Below, piece by piece: positions 8,027 through 16,206 of a DNA stretch of 25,380 nucleotides (positions are counted from its first letter, which is position 1; every line of letters starts with the position of its first letter). The notes under the pieces were generated by a model. The model made no database searches, was not told the DNA's origin, and saw nothing but the letters and a program-made list of their open reading frames with translations. Source of the DNA: a virus (lineage: Duplodnaviria > Caudoviricetes); IMG/VR virus record IMGVR_UViG_3300035492_000056, positions 1 to 25,380 of that record; one strand, written 5' to 3'. The position numbers and the translations under genes are program-made.

Positions 8027-8455
8027 ATGAAAGAGAATGATAAACTCCCACATGACTATTACAAGTACATCGAATCAGAACTCTATAACTACAAGTATAT
8101 GGCCAAAGAGCTGGAAGAACTGCAGGATGACATTGTAGGTTCTTCTCCGGCACAGTCAGGAGATAGGGTACAGTCTAGTATACTCTCAGATGAGACTGCT
8201 TCTAAGGCTTTCAGGCTAGTCACAAACGTGAGACTTAAGCGTCTACAAGATACCATCAGAGCCATTGAAACGGGCATTCGGATACTTAAGGCAAGTCCGG
8301 AACAAGGCAAATACAGGCTTTTAGAGATGAAATATTTTGAATGTCAGTACACAGACCGCAGGATTGCAAAAGAACTGAACATCAGCATTGAGACTTATTA
8401 CAGGTGGAAGAGGCAGATCATTTCTCTTATGGCAATGCATATGGGACTGGTGTGA
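8027..8455 (+). CDS. ArpU/RinA-family late transcriptional activator
   Basis: RBS AAGGAGGT before ATG 8027. YIESELYNY N-terminus and a sigma-region-4-like HTH (DRRIAKELNISIETYYRWKRQII). Last early gene before the packaging module. Confidence 0.85.
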   Translation: MKENDKLPHDYYKYIESELYNYKYMAKELEELQDDIVGSSPAQSGDRVQSSILSDETASKAFRLVTNVRLKRLQDTIRAIETGIRILKASPEQGKYRLLEMKYFECQYTDRRIAKELNISIETYYRWKRQIISLMAMHMGLV

Positions 8456-8496
8456 CATAAACATGACAGTTTTGGACCCTATTTTTAAGGTTTAAT
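8453..8496 (+). promoter_or_regulatory. putative activator-dependent late promoter
   Basis: TGACA direct repeats at 8453 and 8464 (11-bp spacing) overlap the activator stop codon, followed by a -10-like TTTAAT at 8491-8496. RinA/ArpU-type activators are known to act on sites between their own gene and terS. Confidence 0.55.
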
Positions 8497-8504
8497 GGAT
8501 ACAT

Positions 8505-8758
8505 AGAAGTATGAGATATCCATTTCGTACTCTTACTTTTTCATTCTTCCTTTCATGCGGCTGAAATGTTGTTGAGGTTTACCGGTACCGAGAGCAGGAA
8601 ACCGGTCTTGATATGGACACTTGTTTTTGAGCTATCACCTGGGGAAACTCCAGGGGTGTCCACAAACGCCGGCCAAGTCGTAGGACTTACCGGAGGAATT
8701 GCGCAAAGAGCCTTTATTCTGTACCTTATGCAGGGGTAGGAGTAGGCTCTTTTTATTT
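8505..8758 (+). ncRNA. putative structured non-coding RNA / late-operon leader (family unrecognised)
   Basis: Consecutive stems at 8508-8531, 8581-8606, 8614-8662 (enclosing 8638-8654), 8669-8693 and 8705-8752. Several G-U pairs favour the + strand. No credible ORF. Confidence 0.5.
8705..8758 (+). terminator. intrinsic-terminator-like long hairpin
   Basis: AAAGAGCCT...AGGCTCTTT arms with inner pairing, followed by a T-rich tract. Confidence 0.55.
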
Positions 8759-8843
8759 GAGAAGTATTGGTACGGAGCGTCATTGAAGACGCTGGGTTGC
8801 ATATACCGAGCTGTATCAGCAGACCAGGGTGGGGGTCAGGTTT

Positions 8844-9104
8844 ATGGATTTTATCATCATCAAAGACAGTACAAGAGGATATGTAGTTAAGCGCAAGGGT
8901 GGTGCATATGAGCAGCACGCGCATCTTACAACAATGAACGGATGCAGACAATTGGTCTACTACATTCATCATGGTAAGCTGCCAAAGTCTAAGTATCTGC
9001 AGGGATCATGCAGGAGACTACTGACGGATGAGGAATATCAGCAGCTGAAGAAACCTAAGCAGAAGTATTACAATACGTCAGGCAGCAACAGACGTATGGG
9101 ATAG
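8844..9104 (+). CDS. hypothetical basic phage protein (86 aa)
   Basis: G-rich RBS (GGGGGT) before ATG 8844; Lys/Arg-rich with an HAH motif; directly upstream of the HNH gene. Confidence 0.7.
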   Translation: MDFIIIKDSTRGYVVKRKGGAYEQHAHLTTMNGCRQLVYYIHHGKLPKSKYLQGSCRRLLTDEEYQQLKKPKQKYYNTSGSNRRMG

Positions 9105-9115
9105 GCGGTGAGCAG

Positions 9116-9397
9116 GTGACAAGACCATACAATGACAAGCGATGGGAACGTAAGCGAGAAGCAATACTAAAGCGTGATAAGTACAGGTGCAGGAACTGCA
9201 GTAGATATGGCAAGACCAAAGAGGCCAACACTGTGCATCACGTCAAGCCGGTAGAATACAATCCTGAACTATATCTGGATAGTAAGAACCTCATCAGTCT
9301 TTGTAGTGTATGCCACAACAAGATGCATGACAGGGTTACTGATGAACTCACAAACCTAGGCAGGGAGTGGGTTTCAAGTGTTTGGGGTGATATATAA
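9116..9397 (+). CDS. HNH endonuclease (terminase-associated, HK97 gp74-like)
   Basis: RDKYRCRNC, TVHHVKP and NLISLCSVCHNKMH motifs; immediately upstream of terS. Confidence 0.92.
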   Translation: MTRPYNDKRWERKREAILKRDKYRCRNCSRYGKTKEANTVHHVKPVEYNPELYLDSKNLISLCSVCHNKMHDRVTDELTNLGREWVSSVWGDI

Positions 9398-9423
9398 CAA
9401 TATATCACTGTAGATGTAGCGCG

Positions 9424-9500
9424 TATCCCCCCTACAATTGTGTTAAATTTTCACACATATGGAGACCGAAGGCAGGATTCTTTTCCAATAGAGCGAGTTT
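9424..9500. other. candidate cos / packaging-initiation region
   Basis: Non-coding gap between HNH and terS with a C-run (TCCCCCCT), then GGAGACCGAAGGCAGG and TTTTCCAATAGAGCG. This is where cos lies in HNH-terS-terL phages. The exact cut site cannot be read from the sequence. Confidence 0.5.
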
Positions 9501-9532
9501 CTGAGAAAAAATATTGAGGCGAGGTGATATAC

Positions 9533-9883
9533 ATGGCGAAGAAGGCTTCAACCTTTGACGGGATAAGGAAAAAGACAATTTCGGACATGAAGAAAATGAA
9601 TGTATATAAGCCTGAATATGACCCCCTTATTGAGATTTATTCGGAGCTTCGCGAGCAGTACAGGATTTTATATGACAGGTTCATTGAAAGTGGGTATGAG
9701 TTCGAAGTGGAAACGGTCCAGGGTGGAATGAAAAAAGCCCCGATAGTGAGCACGCTGGAATCACTAAGAAAAGATATTATAACGTATGCTGACAGGCTGT
9801 GTCTCAGTCCTAAGGCAGCAGACTCAGTTAAGATTGAGATCCCAAAGAAATCATTATTAGCTGAGACCCTCAAGAATCTATGA
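9533..9883 (+). CDS. terS: terminase small subunit (P27 family)
   Basis: RBS GAGGTGA before ATG 9533; KKAPIV...[15 protein letters not shown] motif; ATGA overlap with terL. Confidence 0.9.
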   Translation: MAKKASTFDGIRKKTISDMKKMNVYKPEYDPLIEIYSELREQYRILYDRFIESGYEFEVETVQGGMKKAPIVSTLESLRKDIITYADRLCLSPKAADSVKIEIPKKSLLAETLKNL

Positions 9884-11631
9884 GTAATTTTCAAAACTAC
9901 GATCTTGTATTCCAGTATGCCAGAGACATTATCGACGGAAATATACCTGCCAATATCGAGCAGATCCAAGGGTGTGAAAGATTCTTTCGAGATCTAGAAA
10001 ATCCGGACTATTACTTTGACGCTAAACCAGCTGAAACTGTCATAGGAATAATAGAGCGTACCTTCGTTCATGCTCAGGGAGAAGATTTATCAGGCGAGCC
10101 AATGAGAGGTAAGCCTTTTTTATTGCTCCCATGGCATAAGTTTGCAATCTACAACATCATGGGGTTCTACACGACAGGTACAACTATTCGAAAATATAAA
10201 GAGGCATTCCTGTTTGTGCCACGTAAAAATGTTAAGACCACTTTCGCGGCAGCGCTTGCTTGGGCACTATCGCTTTACTACAGAAAGTCTGGTGCAAAAT
10301 GCTACATCACGGCCAATGCCTTGAAACAGTCCTTGGAGAGTTTTGATTTCATCAATTTTAACTTAGGGATGATGGGGGAAAAGGACAGCTTTAGAGTAAT
10401 TGACAATAACCAGGAGCATTCCATTCAGGGGGATCTTGGCGATGGTTCGATTTTTATTCAGGCACTGGCAGCGAACCCAGACAGTCAAGACTCCTTTAAC
10501 TGCAACTTGGCTATCGCTGATGAAATGCATGCTTATACAAAACCTAAGCAGTACAACATCATCAAGGAAGCGATGAAAGCCTACACCAATAAACTCATGA
10601 TAGGTATCACAACAGCTGGAGACAACATGAACTCTTTCTGTTATCGAAAGCTTGAATACTGTCAGAAGATCCTTGCAGGTTCAGTAAAAGATGAGCAATA
10701 TTATGTGTTTATTGCAAAAGCCCCTGAGGAGAAGGGAAAAGATGTTGACTATCTGAATCCTCTTGTTCATCAAATGGCTAATCCTGGCTACGGTGTAACC
10801 ATAAGGCCTGATGACATCATGAATGATGCACACCAGGCACAGAATGATCCACAGCAGAGAAAAGATTTTCTGTCGAAGTCCTTGAATGTGTATACATCAG
10901 CGACGAAAGCCTATTTCAATGTGGATGAGTTCAAGGTGAGCAATAAGAAAGCGGAAGAGGTTCTCAAAATCAACTCTTCATGGTCAACAGAAAAGAAGCT
11001 CAAGTATCTAGTGGGTCTCCCTATTCAGTGGTATGGAGGTGCGGATCTTTCGAAGCTGCATGACCTTACTGCAGCTGCACTATACGGTAATTACAAAGAC
11101 ATCGACATTGCAATTACACATGCCTGGTTTCCTATCGTCGCTGCACAAGCAAAGGCGGAGGAGGACTCTATTCCTCTGTTCGGGTGGAAAGATGACGGGT
11201 GGCTGGATATGTGCAATACGCCTACTGTAAACTACTCAGATATTATTAACTGGTTTAAGAAGATGAAGCTCATGGGGTTCAGAATTAAGCAGATTGGTTT
11301 TGATAAAAAATTCGGTAAAGAGTTTTTCTTGGGCATGAAGAAAGCCGGTTTTAATGTTGTTGATGAACCACAGTATCACTGGAAAAAGTCACAGGGATTC
11401 AGGCGCATTGAGAACAAGGTCAAAAACGCTCAATACTATTATCTTGGATCCACTGCGTATGAGTATTGTGTAGGAAATGTCCTTGGCGTAGAAAAAACAG
11501 ATGATATGATCCAGTACGAAAAAATCATGGATAAACTTAGAATCGATATCTTCGACTGTAGTGTATTTGCTTCAGTCAGATTGATAGAAAACATGGAGAA
11601 GAGTTCGCGAGCCGGCGACTTCCTAAAGTGA
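9880..11631 (+). CDS. terL: terminase large subunit
   Basis: LLPWH, Walker A variant PRKNVKTT, Walker B IADEMH, ITTAG, nuclease GADLS and RIDIFD. Confidence 0.95.
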   Translation: MSNFQNYDLVFQYARDIIDGNIPANIEQIQGCERFFRDLENPDYYFDAKPAETVIGIIERTFVHAQGEDLSGEPMRGKPFLLLPWHKFAIYNIMGFYTTGTTIRKYKEAFLFVPRKNVKTTFAAALAWALSLYYRKSGAKCYITANALKQSLESFDFINFNLGMMGEKDSFRVIDNNQEHSIQGDLGDGSIFIQALAANPDSQDSFNCNLAIADEMHAYTKPKQYNIIKEAMKAYTNKLMIGITTAGDNMNSFCYRKLEYCQKILAGSVKDEQYYVFIAKAPEEKGKDVDYLNPLVHQMANPGYGVTIRPDDIMNDAHQAQNDPQQRKDFLSKSLNVYTSATKAYFNVDEFKVSNKKAEEVLKINSSWSTEKKLKYLVGLPIQWYGGADLSKLHDLTAAALYGNYKDIDIAITHAWFPIVAAQAKAEEDSIPLFGWKDDGWLDMCNTPTVNYSDIINWFKKMKLMGFRIKQIGFDKKFGKEFFLGMKKAGFNVVDEPQYHWKKSQGFRRIENKVKNAQYYYLGSTAYEYCVGNVLGVEKTDDMIQYEKIMDKLRIDIFDCSVFASVRLIENMEKSSRAGDFLK

Positions 11632-11644
11632 GGAGGCAAGGAAA

Positions 11645-12868
11645 ATGGGGCGAAGTAAGTATAAAAAAAATAAATCGAGGGCTGAACCTGCAGTGAAAGA
11701 GAAACGAGGAACGATCCTGGAGTGGGTATCTTCCGGAGATTTTGCTGGAAGTATCGCTACAGGTGAGTATATCCGATTGAGTGATAATCCAGAAGTAAGA
11801 ATCGCGGTAGGCAAGATTGCGGATCTGGTTTCTTCTATGACCATTCACCTGAGACAAAACACAGACAAAGGTGATGTGAGGGTTAAGAATGGGTTGTCAG
11901 ATAAGTTAGATATCAACCCGTATAAATACATGACACGTAAAACCTGGATGTACAACATCGTTAATACGATGCTGCTCGAAGGTCGAGGCAATGCGGTTGT
12001 TTTACCTATCATAGGAGAGGGGGAAGGGTATATACAGGATCTGATGCCACTTAAGCCAAGCAAAGTGAGTTTTGTAGGTGATGGTATTGATTATCAGGTC
12101 AAGTATGGGGAACGCCTTTATAACTATGATGAAATTCTACACTTTGTTTTAAATCCAGATCCGGAGAAGCCTTACGAAGGCCTTGGATACAAGGTTGTCC
12201 TTAAAGATGTTATTGGCAACCTGAAACAAGCAGCGGCCACTAAGAACTCTTTTATGGCATCTCAGTATAAACCATCGGTCATTATTTCCGTTGATGCAAT
12301 GACTGAAGAGTTTACTACTGCAGAAGGTCGTGAAGCTATCCTTCAGAAATATGTGGGAGAAACTAAAGCTGGGAAGCCATGGGTAATGCCTGCAGACTTG
12401 GTAAAAGTGGAACAAATAAAACCTCTCACCATTCAGGACTTGGCCATAGATAAGTCTGTGGAAATCGATAAACGCACAGTAGCTGGAATATTTGGAGTTC
12501 CGGCTTTTTTATTGGGAGTAGGTAACTTCAATAAAGATGAGTTCAATAACTTCATCAGTACAACGATTATGCCACTAGCACAAAACATTGAGCAGGAACT
12601 GACGAAGAAGCTTCTCCTTTCACCGCAACTATATTTCAAGTTCAATCCACGGTCCTTATACAGTTACTCCCTCAAAGAACTTTCCGATGTGGGAGCCAAC
12701 TTATACATACGAGGAATCATGACAGGAAATGAAGTCAGAAACTGGATCGAAATGACGCCTAAGGAAGGCTTGGATGAACTAGTAATACTGGAGAACTTTA
12801 TACCTGCTGAAATGATCGGAGACCAGGGGAAGTTAAAACCAACAGAATCACAGGGAGGTGATGAGTGA
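11645..12868 (+). CDS. portal protein (HK97 family)
   Basis: [43 protein letters not shown] and MTGNEVR; follows terL. Confidence 0.93.
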   Translation: MGRSKYKKNKSRAEPAVKEKRGTILEWVSSGDFAGSIATGEYIRLSDNPEVRIAVGKIADLVSSMTIHLRQNTDKGDVRVKNGLSDKLDINPYKYMTRKTWMYNIVNTMLLEGRGNAVVLPIIGEGEGYIQDLMPLKPSKVSFVGDGIDYQVKYGERLYNYDEILHFVLNPDPEKPYEGLGYKVVLKDVIGNLKQAAATKNSFMASQYKPSVIISVDAMTEEFTTAEGREAILQKYVGETKAGKPWVMPADLVKVEQIKPLTIQDLAIDKSVEIDKRTVAGIFGVPAFLLGVGNFNKDEFNNFISTTIMPLAQNIEQELTKKLLLSPQLYFKFNPRSLYSYSLKELSDVGANLYIRGIMTGNEVRNWIEMTPKEGLDELVILENFIPAEMIGDQGKLKPTESQGGDE

Positions 12869-13440
12869 TGCCATCAAATCAAATTAGACATGCAGCATTG
12901 ATTAGCGGAAATCTCAGGGCGGAGCCTGGTGAAAAGAAGTATCTTGAAGGGTACTTTGCAGTTTTCAATAACCGCACGCAGCTGTGGCCAGGTGTGTACG
13001 AAGAAGTTGATCCTGAGGCTTTTAATGAGACTATGGGAAATGACATCAGAGTATTGATCAATCATGATACAACACTTGTTCTTGGCCGTAATAAGGCTGG
13101 AACTGCGGAGTTCAAGATTGATGCTAGAGGACTTTGGGGACGGGTTGAAATTAACGAAAAAGATTCCGATGCCGTCAATGCCTATGAACGTGTGCAGCGT
13201 GGTGACGTGGATCAATGCAGCTTTGGTTTCAACATCCTGGATGAGGAAATCAATTATCTCGATAACGGTGATGTGGTGTTCCGTCTCAAGAAGGTGGATC
13301 TTCATGAAGGCAGCATCTGCACTTTCCCAGCGTACCCAGAAACATCGATACAAGCTAGACAGAAAGATCTTGATCTCCACAAGAGAAGAGAGATTGAACT
13401 GAAGAAAGCAGCCATTCGTAAAAGATTAGGAGGTAAATAA
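12868..13440 (+). CDS. HK97-family prohead protease
   Basis: LEGYFAVFN, catalytic His in LINHD, catalytic Ser in DQCSFGF, and FPAYPET. Start is GTG 12865 or ATG 12868. Confidence 0.93.
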   Translation: MPSNQIRHAALISGNLRAEPGEKKYLEGYFAVFNNRTQLWPGVYEEVDPEAFNETMGNDIRVLINHDTTLVLGRNKAGTAEFKIDARGLWGRVEINEKDSDAVNAYERVQRGDVDQCSFGFNILDEEINYLDNGDVVFRLKKVDLHEGSICTFPAYPETSIQARQKDLDLHKRREIELKKAAIRKRLGGK

Positions 13441-13443
13441 ACT

Positions 13444-14799
13444 ATGTTGAAACAACTACGACTTAAGAAGCAAATTGAAAACCTGAAGGCTAAGAGAGCT
13501 GAACATGAAAAGAGAATCGGTGAGATCGTTAAGAGAGAAGAGGAACTTGCAGTAGCGGTTGAAGAAATTGATTCCGGATCAGAGACAGCTGATGAAGACA
13601 TCAAGATGATTGATGAAGAGAGTGAGCCACTTGATAACGAGAAGAAAGAACTCGAAGTCAAAAAGTCTGCTCTTACTGCAGAGATTGAGAAGCTTGAGAA
13701 GGAACTTGAGCAGCTGAACGAAGCACCAAAGCCAGAAGAAAAAAGAAGTGAAGAAAAATCTACTCATGAAGGAGAGGTAAGAAACATGTCTAAAATTGCA
13801 AGAGGAACGAGAGAACAGCGATTGGCAGTACTGAATCAGCCGGAAGTAAGAGCATTCTACGAGAACATGAGAAAAGCCATGGAGACCAGAGCGGTCACAG
13901 GTCTGAACCTGACAATTCCGCAGGTGATTATGGACTCCATCATGGACAACCTTGGAGAATACTCTGTACTGTACCCACTTGTTAAGGTTGTAAAACTGAC
14001 CGGTGAAGGACGAGCGCTTATCGCAGGTGAAGCCCCAGAAGCGGTCTGGACAGAAATGGTTGGAAAGCTCAATGAGCTTGCAAATACCATTACTGATATC
14101 GAGGTTGATGGCTACAAGTTGGGTGGATTTATTCCTCTGGATAATTCTCTCATCGAGGACTCCATGCTTAATCTGTCTGCTTATGTGGAAACGCTGCTGA
14201 CCGAGTCTATCGCAATCGCTTTGGATAAAGCAATTCTCTTCGGTACTGGAACAAAGATGCCTCTTGGTGTTATTCCTGCTATCCATGCAGACTATGTTGC
14301 TGATCCACTGTCTGGTCTTAGAACCACGAATATTGTGAAGCTGTCTGTAGCCGATACTACTTTCCCTAAGATTATTGAAACCTTTAAGAACATCAAGAGA
14401 GGAAAACGTGGTAGAGGCCCTATCACTGTCCTGATGAATGAGTCCACCTGGCTGGGCACCATCGTTCCTAAGTCCCTAGCGAACAATGCTGCGGGTGCAT
14501 TCGTGACTGTGGCTAACCAGGCATTCCCAGGCGTGGGTTACAAAGTAGAGTTCAGTGAAGAGATCCCTGATAACATGCTGGTAGCTGGTGATTTTACTAA
14601 GTACCTTCTGGCTGAGAGAGCTGGAGTGAAAGGTGCATCCTCTACAGAGTTCCTGTTCACCTCTGACAAGACTGTGTTCAAGGCTTCTGGTCGGTTCGAC
14701 GGTAAGCCAGTGAAGAAGTCTGCTTTCGTTGTTGTAGGGCTTAACAATGTAGATGCTGCTGTATCTGCAGTATTTGCAACTGATAGCGCTAATGCTTAA
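13444..14799 (+). CDS. major capsid protein (HK97 fold) with N-terminal coiled-coil scaffold (delta) domain
   Basis: About 110 aa of charged coiled coil, then TIPQVI, AVWTEM, LDKAILFGTG..MPLGV, GDFTKY and GRFDGKPV. Confidence 0.93.
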   Translation: MLKQLRLKKQIENLKAKRAEHEKRIGEIVKREEELAVAVEEIDSGSETADEDIKMIDEESEPLDNEKKELEVKKSALTAEIEKLEKELEQLNEAPKPEEKRSEEKSTHEGEVRNMSKIARGTREQRLAVLNQPEVRAFYENMRKAMETRAVTGLNLTIPQVIMDSIMDNLGEYSVLYPLVKVVKLTGEGRALIAGEAPEAVWTEMVGKLNELANTITDIEVDGYKLGGFIPLDNSLIEDSMLNLSAYVETLLTESIAIALDKAILFGTGTKMPLGVIPAIHADYVADPLSGLRTTNIVKLSVADTTFPKIIETFKNIKRGKRGRGPITVLMNESTWLGTIVPKSLANNAAGAFVTVANQAFPGVGYKVEFSEEIPDNMLVAGDFTKYLLAERAGVKGASSTEFLFTSDKTVFKASGRFDGKPVKKSAFVVVGLNNVDAAVSAVFATDSANA

Positions 14800-14814
14800 G
14801 AGGGAGTAAAAGTG

Positions 14815-14847
14815 AATACGGTGGACCTTGGGTTCACCGTATTTTTC
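14815..14847 (+). terminator. intrinsic terminator after the capsid gene
   Basis: AATACGGTGGACC-TTG-GGTTCACCGTATT stem followed by a T tract. Confidence 0.7.
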
Positions 14848-14866
14848 TGCGTAAAGGAGGGCCAGC

Positions 14867-15151
14867 ATGACTAAAGCTGAAATTTTAAGTTTTATAAAGG
14901 CCAGGCTGGGAATCTCCAGTAATGGCAAAGATGCTTATCTTAATCTGATCATCGACGCTACAATCAAGATGCTTGAAGACGAAAAGGGAGTCAATGCAGA
15001 TCTTTCTAACCCTCTCATTATTGAGTTTATTGTGGACTATGCGACCTGGAAGTATGAAGCGAAGGGAGAAACTGGTGGCTTGCCCCGGTATCTTGATTTT
15101 GCTTTGAAGAATCTGATGATCCACAATCAAAAATCAAATGAGGTGATCTGA
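14867..15151 (+). CDS. head-tail connector (gp6/gp15-like)
   Basis: IKARLGI...DAYL..II helical pattern; RBS AAGGAGG; synteny. Confidence 0.8.
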   Translation: MTKAEILSFIKARLGISSNGKDAYLNLIIDATIKMLEDEKGVNADLSNPLIIEFIVDYATWKYEAKGETGGLPRYLDFALKNLMIHNQKSNEVI

Positions 15152-15462
15152 TGTTAAGTAAGAAAACCTTTGATGATCAGGTGCAATTAATTGCGGTGAC
15201 AATAACCCAGGATGAGTATGCGAATGAAGTTGAAACAGAAGAACCTACTACAGTCTGGGCAGATATTAAGAGTGTCGGACGCAGTGAGTTCTATAATGCG
15301 TTACAGAATGGACTTAAACCATCTGTTGTGATCACTGTAAAGGCTTTTGAGTACACTGGTCAGAAGTACCTTATGTTTGATGGGAAACGCTTTAAAATCG
15401 AACGAACCTACACACTAGATAGAGAAGATATTGAACTTACCTGTACTGAGGTGGTTGTATGA
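15151..15462 (+). CDS. head closure / head-tail adaptor (SPP1 gp16-like)
   Basis: DEYANE, VWADIKSVGRSEFY.A and FDGKRFKIERTY..IELTC; synteny. Confidence 0.85.
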   Translation: MLSKKTFDDQVQLIAVTITQDEYANEVETEEPTTVWADIKSVGRSEFYNALQNGLKPSVVITVKAFEYTGQKYLMFDGKRFKIERTYTLDREDIELTCTEVVV

Positions 15463-15866
15463 CAAGGGTTAAAGGAGCGGTCAAAGTTGGAGATTTTTCT
15501 AAAGCATTCGGAAAGGAAATGATAAAGTATTCGAAGTACGTCGAAGAGAGCATTTCCGAAACGACTGAAACATTAGCAAAAAATGCTGCTAAAGAGATTA
15601 AAGCTGTTTCAAAGGAAAAGTTCAGAGCTCGTTCTGAGAGGACTTACCATAAGGGGTGGGGAGTTTCTAATGAGAGCGTTAGACATCGATCGAGATGGGT
15701 TATCCATCACAAGACTAAGCCTGGCTTACCTCATTTACTGGAGCATGGACATGCTCAGGTGGGTGGAGGTAGGGTTGCCGGAAGAATTCATATCAAGCCT
15801 ATCGAAGAGAAGCTTATCCAGGACTACGAAGAAAATGTCATTGCCATCATCGAAAGGGGGTACTGA
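15459..15866 (+). CDS. HK97 gp10-like neck/tail-completion protein
   Basis: YHKGW, LPHLLEHGH..GGRV.G..HIKP motif. Confidence 0.8.
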   Translation: MTRVKGAVKVGDFSKAFGKEMIKYSKYVEESISETTETLAKNAAKEIKAVSKEKFRARSERTYHKGWGVSNESVRHRSRWVIHHKTKPGLPHLLEHGHAQVGGGRVAGRIHIKPIEEKLIQDYEENVIAIIERGY

Positions 15867-15872
15867 TCAATC

Positions 15873-16193
15873 ATGAAGATTACAGATATCATCACTGCAA
15901 TAAAAGGAGCTGGGTTTAAGATTGCTCATGACAGTTTCAGTACCGCTCAGCAGTTACCGTTTCTATGCTGGACCGATGAGGGATCCGATGATTTTTATGC
16001 AGACAATTCCAATTATCTGGATAAAACATCGTATAATCTGGAACTCTATACCAAGACTAAATCCAAAGCCACGGAGAAACAGATCACAGAAATCCTTAAG
16101 GGCTTAGGAGTTTCGTACAGTAGAAACCCGACACAATGGATTGCAGACGAACAGTGCTTTGCCACTGTTTTTTTATTTGACCTATTAGATTAA
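15873..16193 (+). CDS. tail terminator / tail completion protein
   Basis: LPFL, FYADN and LELYT..K...EKQI motifs; immediately before the tail tube gene. Confidence 0.7.
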   Translation: MKITDIITAIKGAGFKIAHDSFSTAQQLPFLCWTDEGSDDFYADNSNYLDKTSYNLELYTKTKSKATEKQITEILKGLGVSYSRNPTQWIADEQCFATVFLFDLLD

Positions 16194-16206
16194 TGGAGGT
16201 AGAAAA

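Noticed and set aside
8557-8700. tRNA, self-cleaving ribozyme or c-di-GMP riboswitch identity for the leader
   Set aside because: No T-loop or cloverleaf, no CUGANGA/GAAA hammerhead core, no HDV nested pseudoknot on either strand, and only superficial similarity to c-di-GMP-I. A covariance-model search is still needed.
8553-8972. 139-aa minus-strand ORF and the 63-aa plus-strand ORF 8699-8890 across the structured leader
   Set aside because: No protein-like features. The GGAGG before TTG 8699 is only ~2 nt away and partly in a stem. Dense base-pairing explains the region better.
13579-14286. 235-aa minus-strand ORF (also 12874-13380 and 1326-1829)
   Set aside because: Fully overlaps well-supported capsid, protease or Sak4-like genes; explained by codon bias.
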